Origin: Candidatus Woesearchaeota archaeon
Lineage (GTDB): Archaea; Nanobdellota; Nanobdellia; Woesearchaeales; GW2011-AR9
DNA: 64,000 bases
Assembly: GCA_945861715.1 (NCBI GenBank)
Contig: CAMAVK010000001.1
Span: 458,908-522,907 of the forward strand
Direction of reading: 5' to 3'
In this document: in pieces, positions 26,970 through 35,145 of the stretch
How positions within the stretch are numbered: position 1 is the stretch's first letter
Layout: each line of letters begins with the position of its first letter
Translations under genes and position numbers: made by a program
The notes under the pieces: generated by a model
Databases searched by the model: none
What the model saw: the letters and a program-made list of their open reading frames with translations, nothing else
What the model was told of the DNA's origin: nothing

Positions 26970-28145
26970 TTAAATAGACTTCAAATAATGTTCCAAGAAC
27001 GTCTCTGTAAACCGTTGCCGATGCGGCTCAAACACTTCAGCTCCAGACTTATTCTCCCCCCTCATACAAAAATGCCGTCGTTCAAAAAAAGTTTCAAGTG
27101 CAGTATGAGCATCCTGAACCACATCGTAAAGATTAATCAAAGTACTTATTTCTAAATGTAAGATGTTCTCCAATGAAGACAGAGTACGAACACCAAATAA
27201 ATTTCTTGGGTCATCTTGCGTCAGTTTTTTAGCTATTTTTATCTTTTGAGTCCTAATCAAATACTCTGTTTGCAACGCATGTAAACGCACAAACGCAGCA
27301 TCATAAAGTGGCGTGCCTCTATTGCTAATTAAAGAGATAGTCCTCTCTTGAAAATCTAATTTTTCTTGCAGCTCCAATAGCTTACGTTTATCAAACATAT
27401 CTTCTTCTATTAATTCAAACAACCTTGCCGTTCCAAAATCAATCACTTTTCGAGTTCCCTTAAAGTTAGACCGAAACTCATCCATACAATGACCATGATT
27501 ATAATTAATACCGAGCCCCGCAAGATCCGCATACGTTCTTGCACATTCTTCAACAATAGAACCCATCGCAGCACAATAGTGATCAAGCCGATCGGATTTT
27601 GAGTCTAGGGTTGGCAAAGTTTGTTTCGAGAGTAACTCTTCTGCATAAAATTGAGAACCAAGATGAAGTACCTTGGGCCCTATTTTACCACTTACAATCT
27701 CAAGCACTTTTTTCTCCATGGATTGATTATATTTGTCATAAGGTTTTACAACAAACTGTCCGCACGATGCACTAACGACAAGCGGAATCCTCCCACTACC
27801 TCGAACCAAACGAGCTGCATGTCCACGCCGCTTCTCAAACGCCGTTTGTTCTCGCATAAAATCAACCTGACAAAATCCCACACCCATCTCGACAAGAAGT
27901 AACTCGGCTTCACGAAAATACGCATCACTTACTTGAACATAATTTGGAACATAAACCTTATCCTGCATATCCTGATACAACTCATCTTCTGTTCTTCTAC
28001 ATTTGAACAATACTCCTTGCGGTGGTCCACGTTGATTCCCATTTGTAAGCAAAGTGTGAGTCTCCCGTGTTCGACCATATTGTTCCACATAAGTCAAACC
28101 TTGAACACCTACCATTGATCGAATCACAAGAGGTTCTGCAGTCAT
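26970..28145 (-). CDS. Divergent protein-kinase-like (ePK-fold) protein, paralogue A
   Basis: beta3-Lys-like QFVVKPYD. alphaC-like VLEIVSG. Catalytic-loop-like CMDEFRSNF (D...N spaced as in HRDLKPxN). DFG motif VIDFGTARLF (compare DFGLAR) 16 residues after the catalytic Asp. A unique ~140-aa N-terminal domain. Overlaps the next gene by 4 nt. Confidence 0.5.
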   Translation of the reverse strand: MTAEPLVIRSMVGVQGLTYVEQYGRTRETHTLLTNGNQRGPPQGVLFKCRRTEDELYQDMQDKVYVPNYVQVSDAYFREAELLLVEMGVGFCQVDFMREQTAFEKRRGHAARLVRGSGRIPLVVSASCGQFVVKPYDKYNQSMEKKVLEIVSGKIGPKVLHLGSQFYAEELLSKQTLPTLDSKSDRLDHYCAAMGSIVEECARTYADLAGLGINYNHGHCMDEFRSNFKGTRKVIDFGTARLFELIEEDMFDKRKLLELQEKLDFQERTISLISNRGTPLYDAAFVRLHALQTEYLIRTQKIKIAKKLTQDDPRNLFGVRTLSSLENILHLEISTLINLYDVVQDAHTALETFFERRHFCMRGENKSGAEVFEPHRQRFTETFLEHYLKSI

Positions 28146-29362
28146 AATCTTTGCTCCAACAGATATTCCTCTAAAAACCGTACTATGAATTTCTGTTCAA
28201 ATGGCCTAAACAAATCATACCCTGATACCTTATCAAATGACCAACCCGATTGACGACATTCAAAAAATGAACGCATTGCTCCTTTAGCACTATCGAGACA
28301 AAAATAAGAGTTCACTAACATATGAGGTGAAACTCGTTCAAAATATTCCACCGGGAATTGTTCTTTGAGTTCAAACAACGCATGACCTCCTTTATCAGTA
28401 AGTATTCCTAACAAAGAGATACATTCTCTTCGTTCATTCCAAGAAGAAAATGCGGGTTTAACAATCTCAATTTCTAACTTTTTATGAGCTTCACTTTCAT
28501 CCATCGGGATAGCCTTGCGAAGTGAAAAAGCTAAATTTAACTTTTCCTCACTCTCACGCAAAACATCAGAAGAAAAGTATGATTCATCATAAAATAATCG
28601 AGAAGTCCCAAAATCAGTAATTTTTCGGATACCAGCGAAGTTAGACCGAAATTCATCCATGCATTTTTGGTGATTATAATTTATTTCCTTCTTTGCCAGT
28701 TGTGCATAAATCACTGCTGCTTCAAGTACAATCATTTCCATCTCAGGGCAATCATGTTGTAAACCATTTGTTTGTTCAAATAGTGTTGGCATGGTGTTGA
28801 AGTCAATAAACTCCTCAGCATACATATCTTTACTAAATGCTCTGATTTTTGCACCAATGTTCCCACTAACTGTCTCCAATACTTTTCTTTCAATAACATG
28901 ATCGTAGTCATCATACTTTTTTACCACAAATTGCTCATCTGGTGTTGAGACGAGAAGTGGTATTCGTGTACTTCCTCTGACATACTTCCCTTTATTCCTC
29001 ACAAAATCAACTTCGGCTTTGACAATTCCCATGTCATGAAGGAAAAGTTCAACATTTCGAAAGTATAAATCATCAAGTGCTCGAAAGTGATACCTCTCAA
29101 TATCCTCCAATTCAGAATAATACTCATCGTTTGATCTTCTGCAATTAAAATGAACGCCTTCCTTAAAGTTCCTTTCTTGTTTTTCGCGCTCAAGAAATAA
29201 TCCAATCAGTCCGTTCCAGCTGGTTTTAGATTCTCCTTGCTGCCGTTTGGCATATGTTTGTGGAGTATATCCATCTTGCTCAGTTTGAGTTAACAACGCT
29301 AAATATTTTCTGTCCTCTGGTTCAACTGACGTAATAAGAAAAGGTTGTTGTAATAAGACCAT
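28142..29362 (-). CDS. Divergent protein-kinase-like (ePK-fold) protein, paralogue B
   Basis: Same architecture as paralogue A: QFVVKKYD, VLETVSG, INYNHQKCMDEFRSNFAGIRKITDFGTSRLF. Roughly 30% identical to A across the full length. Confidence 0.5.
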   Translation of the reverse strand: MVLLQQPFLITSVEPEDRKYLALLTQTEQDGYTPQTYAKRQQGESKTSWNGLIGLFLEREKQERNFKEGVHFNCRRSNDEYYSELEDIERYHFRALDDLYFRNVELFLHDMGIVKAEVDFVRNKGKYVRGSTRIPLLVSTPDEQFVVKKYDDYDHVIERKVLETVSGNIGAKIRAFSKDMYAEEFIDFNTMPTLFEQTNGLQHDCPEMEMIVLEAAVIYAQLAKKEINYNHQKCMDEFRSNFAGIRKITDFGTSRLFYDESYFSSDVLRESEEKLNLAFSLRKAIPMDESEAHKKLEIEIVKPAFSSWNERRECISLLGILTDKGGHALFELKEQFPVEYFERVSPHMLVNSYFCLDSAKGAMRSFFECRQSGWSFDKVSGYDLFRPFEQKFIVRFLEEYLLEQRL

Positions 29363-29436
29363 AATATCCTCATTTCTCCCTTATTATAAAAAGATTACCA
29401 CTAATAAAGAACAACTTATTCTCCCTTAACCTTTAA

Positions 29437-30705
29437 TCAAACTTTACTTCCAACAAAAATATTGTGTTTATCTCGAGCAATCTTCACTTTAATTGGCATA
29501 TCACGGCGAAACTCAACATCCGGAATAGATATTGTTCGACCCTGTGCAACCGCAATAACTCCACCCGGAAAACGATCCACTGATTTAACAATCGCATTCA
29601 CCACATCTGCTTTCTTAAATGGTTTAGGAAGTTTCTTCGTTTCACGGATTTTAAAATCATCCTTCGACCAACGCAGTTTAATCTTGTACTTTGTCTCCCA
29701 TCCTTCAATGAGCTTGTAAAATTTGTCCCATGGAATTTCTTGTGCAGGATTACGTCCCGTTTTATATCGTAAGAAATTTTGAATACCTAATTTAGGCTGT
29801 ACCTCAAGACCAGCAATCCATGCAATAACCTTTTCCATCTCAGCTTCATTGTATTTTTTTACCATCACCGGAGCTACAATCACATTCAACCGAGCAGAGG
29901 CATATGAAATAACCTCGAGCACGTGCTTAATATTATAATTAGTAATACCTGCCATCTTCTTTGCAATGTCAGGGTCAATTGCATCCAGCGACAAATTAAG
30001 TTGCAATTTAGTACACAACGCCAACCTATCAATCATAGCTTTCGAAAGCATCGTACCATTTGTGTCAATAGAAATGGTATGTATCATCGGATGCGCTTGC
30101 AAATCGGTTATCAATCCCTCAATATCTCCATACAGAAATGGTTCGCCCTGTACCCCAATGTGTATCTCAACTGGTTCACCAACAAACTCCAGTAAGGTAA
30201 ATAATTCCGAGACCATATAATCTTTCTCAACGACAAAATCATTTTTACGCGATGACAAACCCTCTGAAATAGAGCAGTACACACAATCCAAATTGCATCC
30301 ATTCATTGGTTTTATCTCAATTATACTCGATTCGCGATACACAATACCAAACGCCACATTACCAAAGAGTGGGATTCCAGAGTTACGATGAAGATACGTT
30401 GCTTTATTCCCTGTTAAACTTGTTTTCAAGGAATCCAACGCCTTCGAAAACATATGTGAAAATTTTATTTCGGCCTTTTCTTGATCAATTTTAGTGAATT
30501 CAATGGTATGGGCATCAATAAGCTTCCAAGGAGAAATTCTATCCATCTCAGAACACAAAATTTCCGTAGTGTACAACTTAAGCAAGGTAATCTTGAGTAC
30601 ATCTCCTATTTGTTGAAATGAAAGAGTTTCAAATGTGAGTATTGCCATGTATTTTGTTTTGTAAATTTTAAATATTGGATCAAGCACTATTAACGGGCCA
30701 GCCAA
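29437..30705 (-). CDS. Radical SAM enzyme with a C-terminal TRAM-like domain. Not MiaB/RimO type; the ~120-aa N-terminal domain is unique.
   Basis: CxxxCxxC cluster CNLDCVYCS. GGEP-type motif GVQGEPFLYG. SIDTNGTML. C-terminal VVNAIVKSVDRFPGGVIAVAQGRTISIPDVEFRRDMPIKVKIARDKHNIFVGSKV resembles a TRAM beta-barrel. Confidence 0.55.
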   Translation of the reverse strand: MAGPLIVLDPIFKIYKTKYMAILTFETLSFQQIGDVLKITLLKLYTTEILCSEMDRISPWKLIDAHTIEFTKIDQEKAEIKFSHMFSKALDSLKTSLTGNKATYLHRNSGIPLFGNVAFGIVYRESSIIEIKPMNGCNLDCVYCSISEGLSSRKNDFVVEKDYMVSELFTLLEFVGEPVEIHIGVQGEPFLYGDIEGLITDLQAHPMIHTISIDTNGTMLSKAMIDRLALCTKLQLNLSLDAIDPDIAKKMAGITNYNIKHVLEVISYASARLNVIVAPVMVKKYNEAEMEKVIAWIAGLEVQPKLGIQNFLRYKTGRNPAQEIPWDKFYKLIEGWETKYKIKLRWSKDDFKIRETKKLPKPFKKADVVNAIVKSVDRFPGGVIAVAQGRTISIPDVEFRRDMPIKVKIARDKHNIFVGSKV

Positions 30706-30826
30706 ATTTACCTTACATTCAAAAGAATTTTCATTTTTTAATAAAACTATTCCTCTATTTCACAAAAAATAATATCATCCTCTCATTCCGTAATCGTGTC
30801 TAATAATGTTTTTTAAAATTCTCTTT

Positions 30827-31555
30827 TTATTTCCTACCCCGGACTTCAGGTAAGCAAGTATATGCAATTTTACGTATTTGCTCAATTGTCTTTCGCTCAA
30901 CCCCACACGTCCGTTCTGCAGCAATTTGAAAATAATCCTGCACCTTAGCCATATTTTTTTTAATTTTCCCTGGTTTTCCGGAACGAGCACCTTCAACAGC
31001 GAGCCCATAATACACACGACCAAGTTCCATTGGAATGACTGAGTTCAAAGGAAAAAGTTGAATTCCTTCTCGTAAAACATCTTCTACTCTACCCACTCGA
31101 ATTTCGCATGGATTTTGAAAATACCTGGCAACAAAATTATACAATGGTTCATATACAGATATAGGCAAATTCTGCTCAGCTCCCAATTCAAATTCTAACA
31201 TATCTCCGGGTGGAATATCTAATGTTGCTCTAGTTTCCAACTTCAATAGAGCCTTAATACGTAGCTCTTGTTTTTGTTTTTCTTCAATAGCAAGCAGAGA
31301 TAATTGAACGGGGACCCGAATTACTTCTTTAACAACCGCATCACTAATCTCACCTACCTCGGCATACGCTAGTAATGTGTAGGCATCCTTCATTTCCTTA
31401 TGAAGACGATATGTATTAACCTGATCAAATGGAATTCCTTTTAAGACCTGAAGTACTTCTTCTAGCGCTGATATGTTCCTTTGTGTGCTCATATCCTTTT
31501 CAAACGGGAATCTTTTAAAAACTTGTTCCTCAAAAAGGACAAATATATGATTCAT
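30827..31555 (-). CDS. Hypothetical protein (242 aa), first gene of the rSAM/kinase-like operon
   Basis: Same strand as the three downstream genes, about 120 nt upstream of them. No assignable motif. Confidence 0.3.
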   Translation of the reverse strand: MNHIFVLFEEQVFKRFPFEKDMSTQRNISALEEVLQVLKGIPFDQVNTYRLHKEMKDAYTLLAYAEVGEISDAVVKEVIRVPVQLSLLAIEEKQKQELRIKALLKLETRATLDIPPGDMLEFELGAEQNLPISVYEPLYNFVARYFQNPCEIRVGRVEDVLREGIQLFPLNSVIPMELGRVYYGLAVEGARSGKPGKIKKNMAKVQDYFQIAAERTCGVERKTIEQIRKIAYTCLPEVRGRK

Positions 31556-31660
31556 ATGCCACCACTCATCATCCGACTATCATCTCAACTTCAGTTTTGT
31601 TTTGCCTAAACAGTAGTAATCAACACAAAGATATTTAAAAAATCAAGAAAATAGGGAAAT

Positions 31661-33538
31661 ATGGCTCTTACTAGTTCAGATATGTACACAATTCTTGGTT
31701 TAGAGCCTGGTTGTACAATAAAAGATGTACAACAAAGAAGAAGAGTACTTCAACGAAAATATCACCCTGATCAAAATCCAAACGACCCGGAAGCTGAAGA
31801 GCAAGCAAAAAAAGTAAACAACGCTGCAAGCGAACTTGAAAGAATTCTCACCCAAAGTACTACAGTACCCCCCGCACCAGAGCATAGTACACCAAGACCA
31901 TCTATGGGTAGCATTGCTCAAAGATTAGCAGCAAAAGTAAAAGCGGAAAAATCACCGTCAACTGACCATTCCTCGTTTAAAAAATACTCTCCCCCCCCCG
32001 TCAACGTTACTCGGGACATACCCCATCCTTCGCCTGCATCAAGCGAAAAAAGTATGTTTCAACAAAGACTCAACGCACCTCCCAGCATACGCGAAAATGC
32101 AGGCACAAATGCGGGAGGAAGAATAATTCTGGGTAACATCAATGAAAGTTATCGAGAGGTCTATTTTAGTCTTGAAGATAATTTTGCAAAAGCAGCTAAT
32201 CAGTATTTATTCAATATGCAAGGGACATCCGCATCAACAGTGTATGGAGAGTTACACCATCTCGATTCAGATCTTCTTATCTGCAGCTCTATTTTAGATG
32301 AGGTCTACTTAAAGAAATTTTCAAATAGCTCCCTAGAACGACGACAAAAAATAGTACTTCCATTAGTAACCCCAAAAACTGATCAATTAAAACAATTAAG
32401 TCTTGAGGATCTCATCATCGCCTTTGGAACTACTATCGCGCTTATACCTCATCCCAACAGAAATCCAATCTCCTCTCAATATGAGCAATCATTTTGGACA
32501 ATCTATAATCACATCACAACGAATATGAGAAGTGCTGAAATAGAAAATACACCCTATCTCCATCAACTAACAAATCTTGCGGGGACCATTGTTAGGTTAA
32601 GTACGGACCCCAAAATTCGAAAAGAGCTCACCTCCTTTTTACCTGATCAGCATTCGCTATTATCCCAAACACTTAATGCTATACTCCCTGTGAGTACAAA
32701 TATCTATACATGTATAACACTATTTTCTAGCTTATCAAAAGTAGCCACTAACCATACATATCTTCATTGGAGCGAAAAAAACGTAAAAGTAACCAAAACC
32801 GCCGTGGCGTTCATTAAATCCCAAGAATTAACTCTTAACCAACATACCCCTGATAACGTGCCAACACAATCGATATCACCTGATCAAAAGTGGCAAGTCA
32901 TCTGCGAAGCTACTGAATTTGTAAATGATTATGACCTGGGATTATCCAAAAACTACTACAGTACCTGGGAAGCTACTATAACCAAACTCTCCTCCTTATA
33001 TTTTTCTCCGGATTTGGAAATTCTGGTTCCACTCATTTTAACTCTCAGCGATGCAAGCCATAGGTATGAACAAGTACGATACCCTGCAAATCTCGAAGAG
33101 GCAATCACAGCGTTAACCATCTTATTACCCGTATACCAACACAAAACGGGTATAATTGAGGAAGCTTCCAAAGGTCTGTATGAATTAAAAAGAGACGCAC
33201 GTGGCAAAAAAAGCCCCCATTATACTGTCACCGCGCGTGTTGCCCGAGCAGTTGAATATATCTCCTATTGTATTGAACAATGCAATCAATATCCACACTT
33301 AGAAAATAATCTTCCTCAACTAACGGAAATTTTAGGTGGATTTGCAAAGAGTCGGTATTACCATGAACCACACCAATCTCAAAAAGTACGAGAAAAAATA
33401 GCTCCCCCAACTGACCACACCACTCAGTTAATCTATGGACGTTTAGAACAAGTTCAAACCAAACCACACGATAAAAGAACACTTTCAACTGATGATATTC
33501 ATTATATCATTGATACCTTTGTTGCAAAATTCAAATAG
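31661..33538 (+). CDS. J-domain (DnaJ-like) protein with a large unique C-terminal region (625 aa)
   Basis: N-terminal J domain DMYTILGLEPGCTIKDVQQRRRVLQRKYHPDQNPNDPEAEEQAKKVNNAASEL with the HPD tripeptide. No zinc-finger or DnaJ C-terminal domains. Confidence 0.55.
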   Translation: MALTSSDMYTILGLEPGCTIKDVQQRRRVLQRKYHPDQNPNDPEAEEQAKKVNNAASELERILTQSTTVPPAPEHSTPRPSMGSIAQRLAAKVKAEKSPSTDHSSFKKYSPPPVNVTRDIPHPSPASSEKSMFQQRLNAPPSIRENAGTNAGGRIILGNINESYREVYFSLEDNFAKAANQYLFNMQGTSASTVYGELHHLDSDLLICSSILDEVYLKKFSNSSLERRQKIVLPLVTPKTDQLKQLSLEDLIIAFGTTIALIPHPNRNPISSQYEQSFWTIYNHITTNMRSAEIENTPYLHQLTNLAGTIVRLSTDPKIRKELTSFLPDQHSLLSQTLNAILPVSTNIYTCITLFSSLSKVATNHTYLHWSEKNVKVTKTAVAFIKSQELTLNQHTPDNVPTQSISPDQKWQVICEATEFVNDYDLGLSKNYYSTWEATITKLSSLYFSPDLEILVPLILTLSDASHRYEQVRYPANLEEAITALTILLPVYQHKTGIIEEASKGLYELKRDARGKKSPHYTVTARVARAVEYISYCIEQCNQYPHLENNLPQLTEILGGFAKSRYYHEPHQSQKVREKIAPPTDHTTQLIYGRLEQVQTKPHDKRTLSTDDIHYIIDTFVAKFK

Positions 33539-33550
33539 AAAAAAGGAATA

Positions 33551-35056
33551 TTATGCATTACTTTCTAAAGCTCCCTTAGCTCTTCGCCGAAATACACCCA
33601 TACCCATTGATGCCATCTGAGATACTGATGCTGGAACTTCTACATTCAATCCGCGCAATATTTCTGCTGCCTGAGCTGCTTTTCGAGCTTTAGCAAAATC
33701 AACCGGTGCCGCAGCAAGTGCATAACGCGCCTCATCAATGAGTTCTCGCAGTGGTTCACCAACTTCATCAGCGACAAGTTCCGCAACATCTGATACCGGA
33801 ACAAGCGCTGTACTGACATCTTGAGAACTTGAAATAGCAGAATGCTCATACCCAAGCAACGCAAGCGCCTTATGAGCACTTCCAATTACTTTGGTATCGC
33901 CACCTTGAATAGATTTCACCACAGGTCCAACATGTGTAAGAGCATCAAAAGCCGCCTTTCTATTCTCACCCAAATCATATTCTAGGCGAGTAAGTAAACT
34001 CGCAAAAAAAGTATCTGTGTACGGTGTAATCTCTATAACATTATGTCCTCTATCTAATCCCTCAGATTCCAGGAATCGAACTGGTGGAGCACGTTTATTT
34101 ACTCTGCCTCGAGTGGCACTGGCTGGACCTTGTTTTTGAGGTGTATAATTTTCATTAATCAAATATAACAAACGACTCTCAAGCGGACCAACATCAAGTC
34201 GTTCCCCTACTTCTCTCTAACTTAAATCACGTGCAAGGCCAACAAGACCTGGGAGAATTTGTCCATATGTTCTCATCTCGGAACCAACAGTATACATCTC
34301 TTGACGTAGAGGTCTCATAACAAAATCAGCTCCACTCACACCACTATTAAAAAGATTACCAATTCGGCCACTATAATGATGCGAAATAGCTTCTGAACCA
34401 CGTGATCTTTTAACATACTGATTGTGATGATGTGCATTTGCTTTAGCTTCAACGCGTTCAACATAATATTCTAAACTCTTCTCCATTTGGAGCGCAATAG
34501 CAGTACAATCGCGACCTCCATACGCCGCTCGAATTTCTTCAAAAACGGAGTCATCCAATGCAGGGGCCAACTCAGAATCCTTTTCATACAAATCGATGAG
34601 TGATGAAACATCACCAGCACGAAGAACATCTGTGGCGTAGGTTAAAACACCTGTTAAAATAAAATCTCGTCTTGCATCTCGGCCTAGAGAATTAAGAAAA
34701 CCATCATCTAAACCCCACTTTTTCTCAAGCTCTCGTGTATCCATCTGATTATACGCAAGATGCATTGCAACAAATGGTGCAAGAACAGGACTTATATGTT
34801 TAGATACAAATACCCGTGAATTTCCATCTGTATCACTGTCAGAATAACCTATCTTACTATGACAAATATCACTCAACGCAGTTTGAGGTACAATATAATA
34901 TGAAATTTTCTCTTCACCAACAGTGGTTGTCCAAGGTTTTGAATGTTCTACAATCTCATCCGTAGAATATCCTACCTGTTGAGTTGGTATAAGCTTTAAT
35001 TCCAGCGTAAATGTCATACTACCCTCTAATCGGCTTTTATTTAATAATCTTATCAC
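33551..35056 (-). pseudogene. ~500-aa conserved-looking hypothetical gene interrupted by a single in-frame TAG; alternatively a stop-codon readthrough gene
   Basis: Track ORFs 34217..35056 and 33551..34171 lie in the same frame, separated only by TAG (...GLVGLARDLS*REVGERLDVGPLESRLLYLINENY...). The downstream part has no ATG or RBS of its own; the track 'M' is a TTG. Confidence 0.45.
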
Positions 35057-35145
35057 GTAAAAGTAAATAATTCACCCCCTTTAGATTATAAATCAGCAAC
35101 CTTACCACAACAATCTTTAAAATCACCTCTCCCAACCAAACACTG

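Noticed and set aside
26970-29362. Assignment of the tandem kinase-like paralogues to RIO, Bud32, KdoK or aminoglycoside-phosphotransferase families.
   Set aside because: They lack the HGD(L)xxxN catalytic loop and the Gly-rich loop of those families. Only the generic ePK core spacing (K ... D-x4-N ... DFG) is retained.
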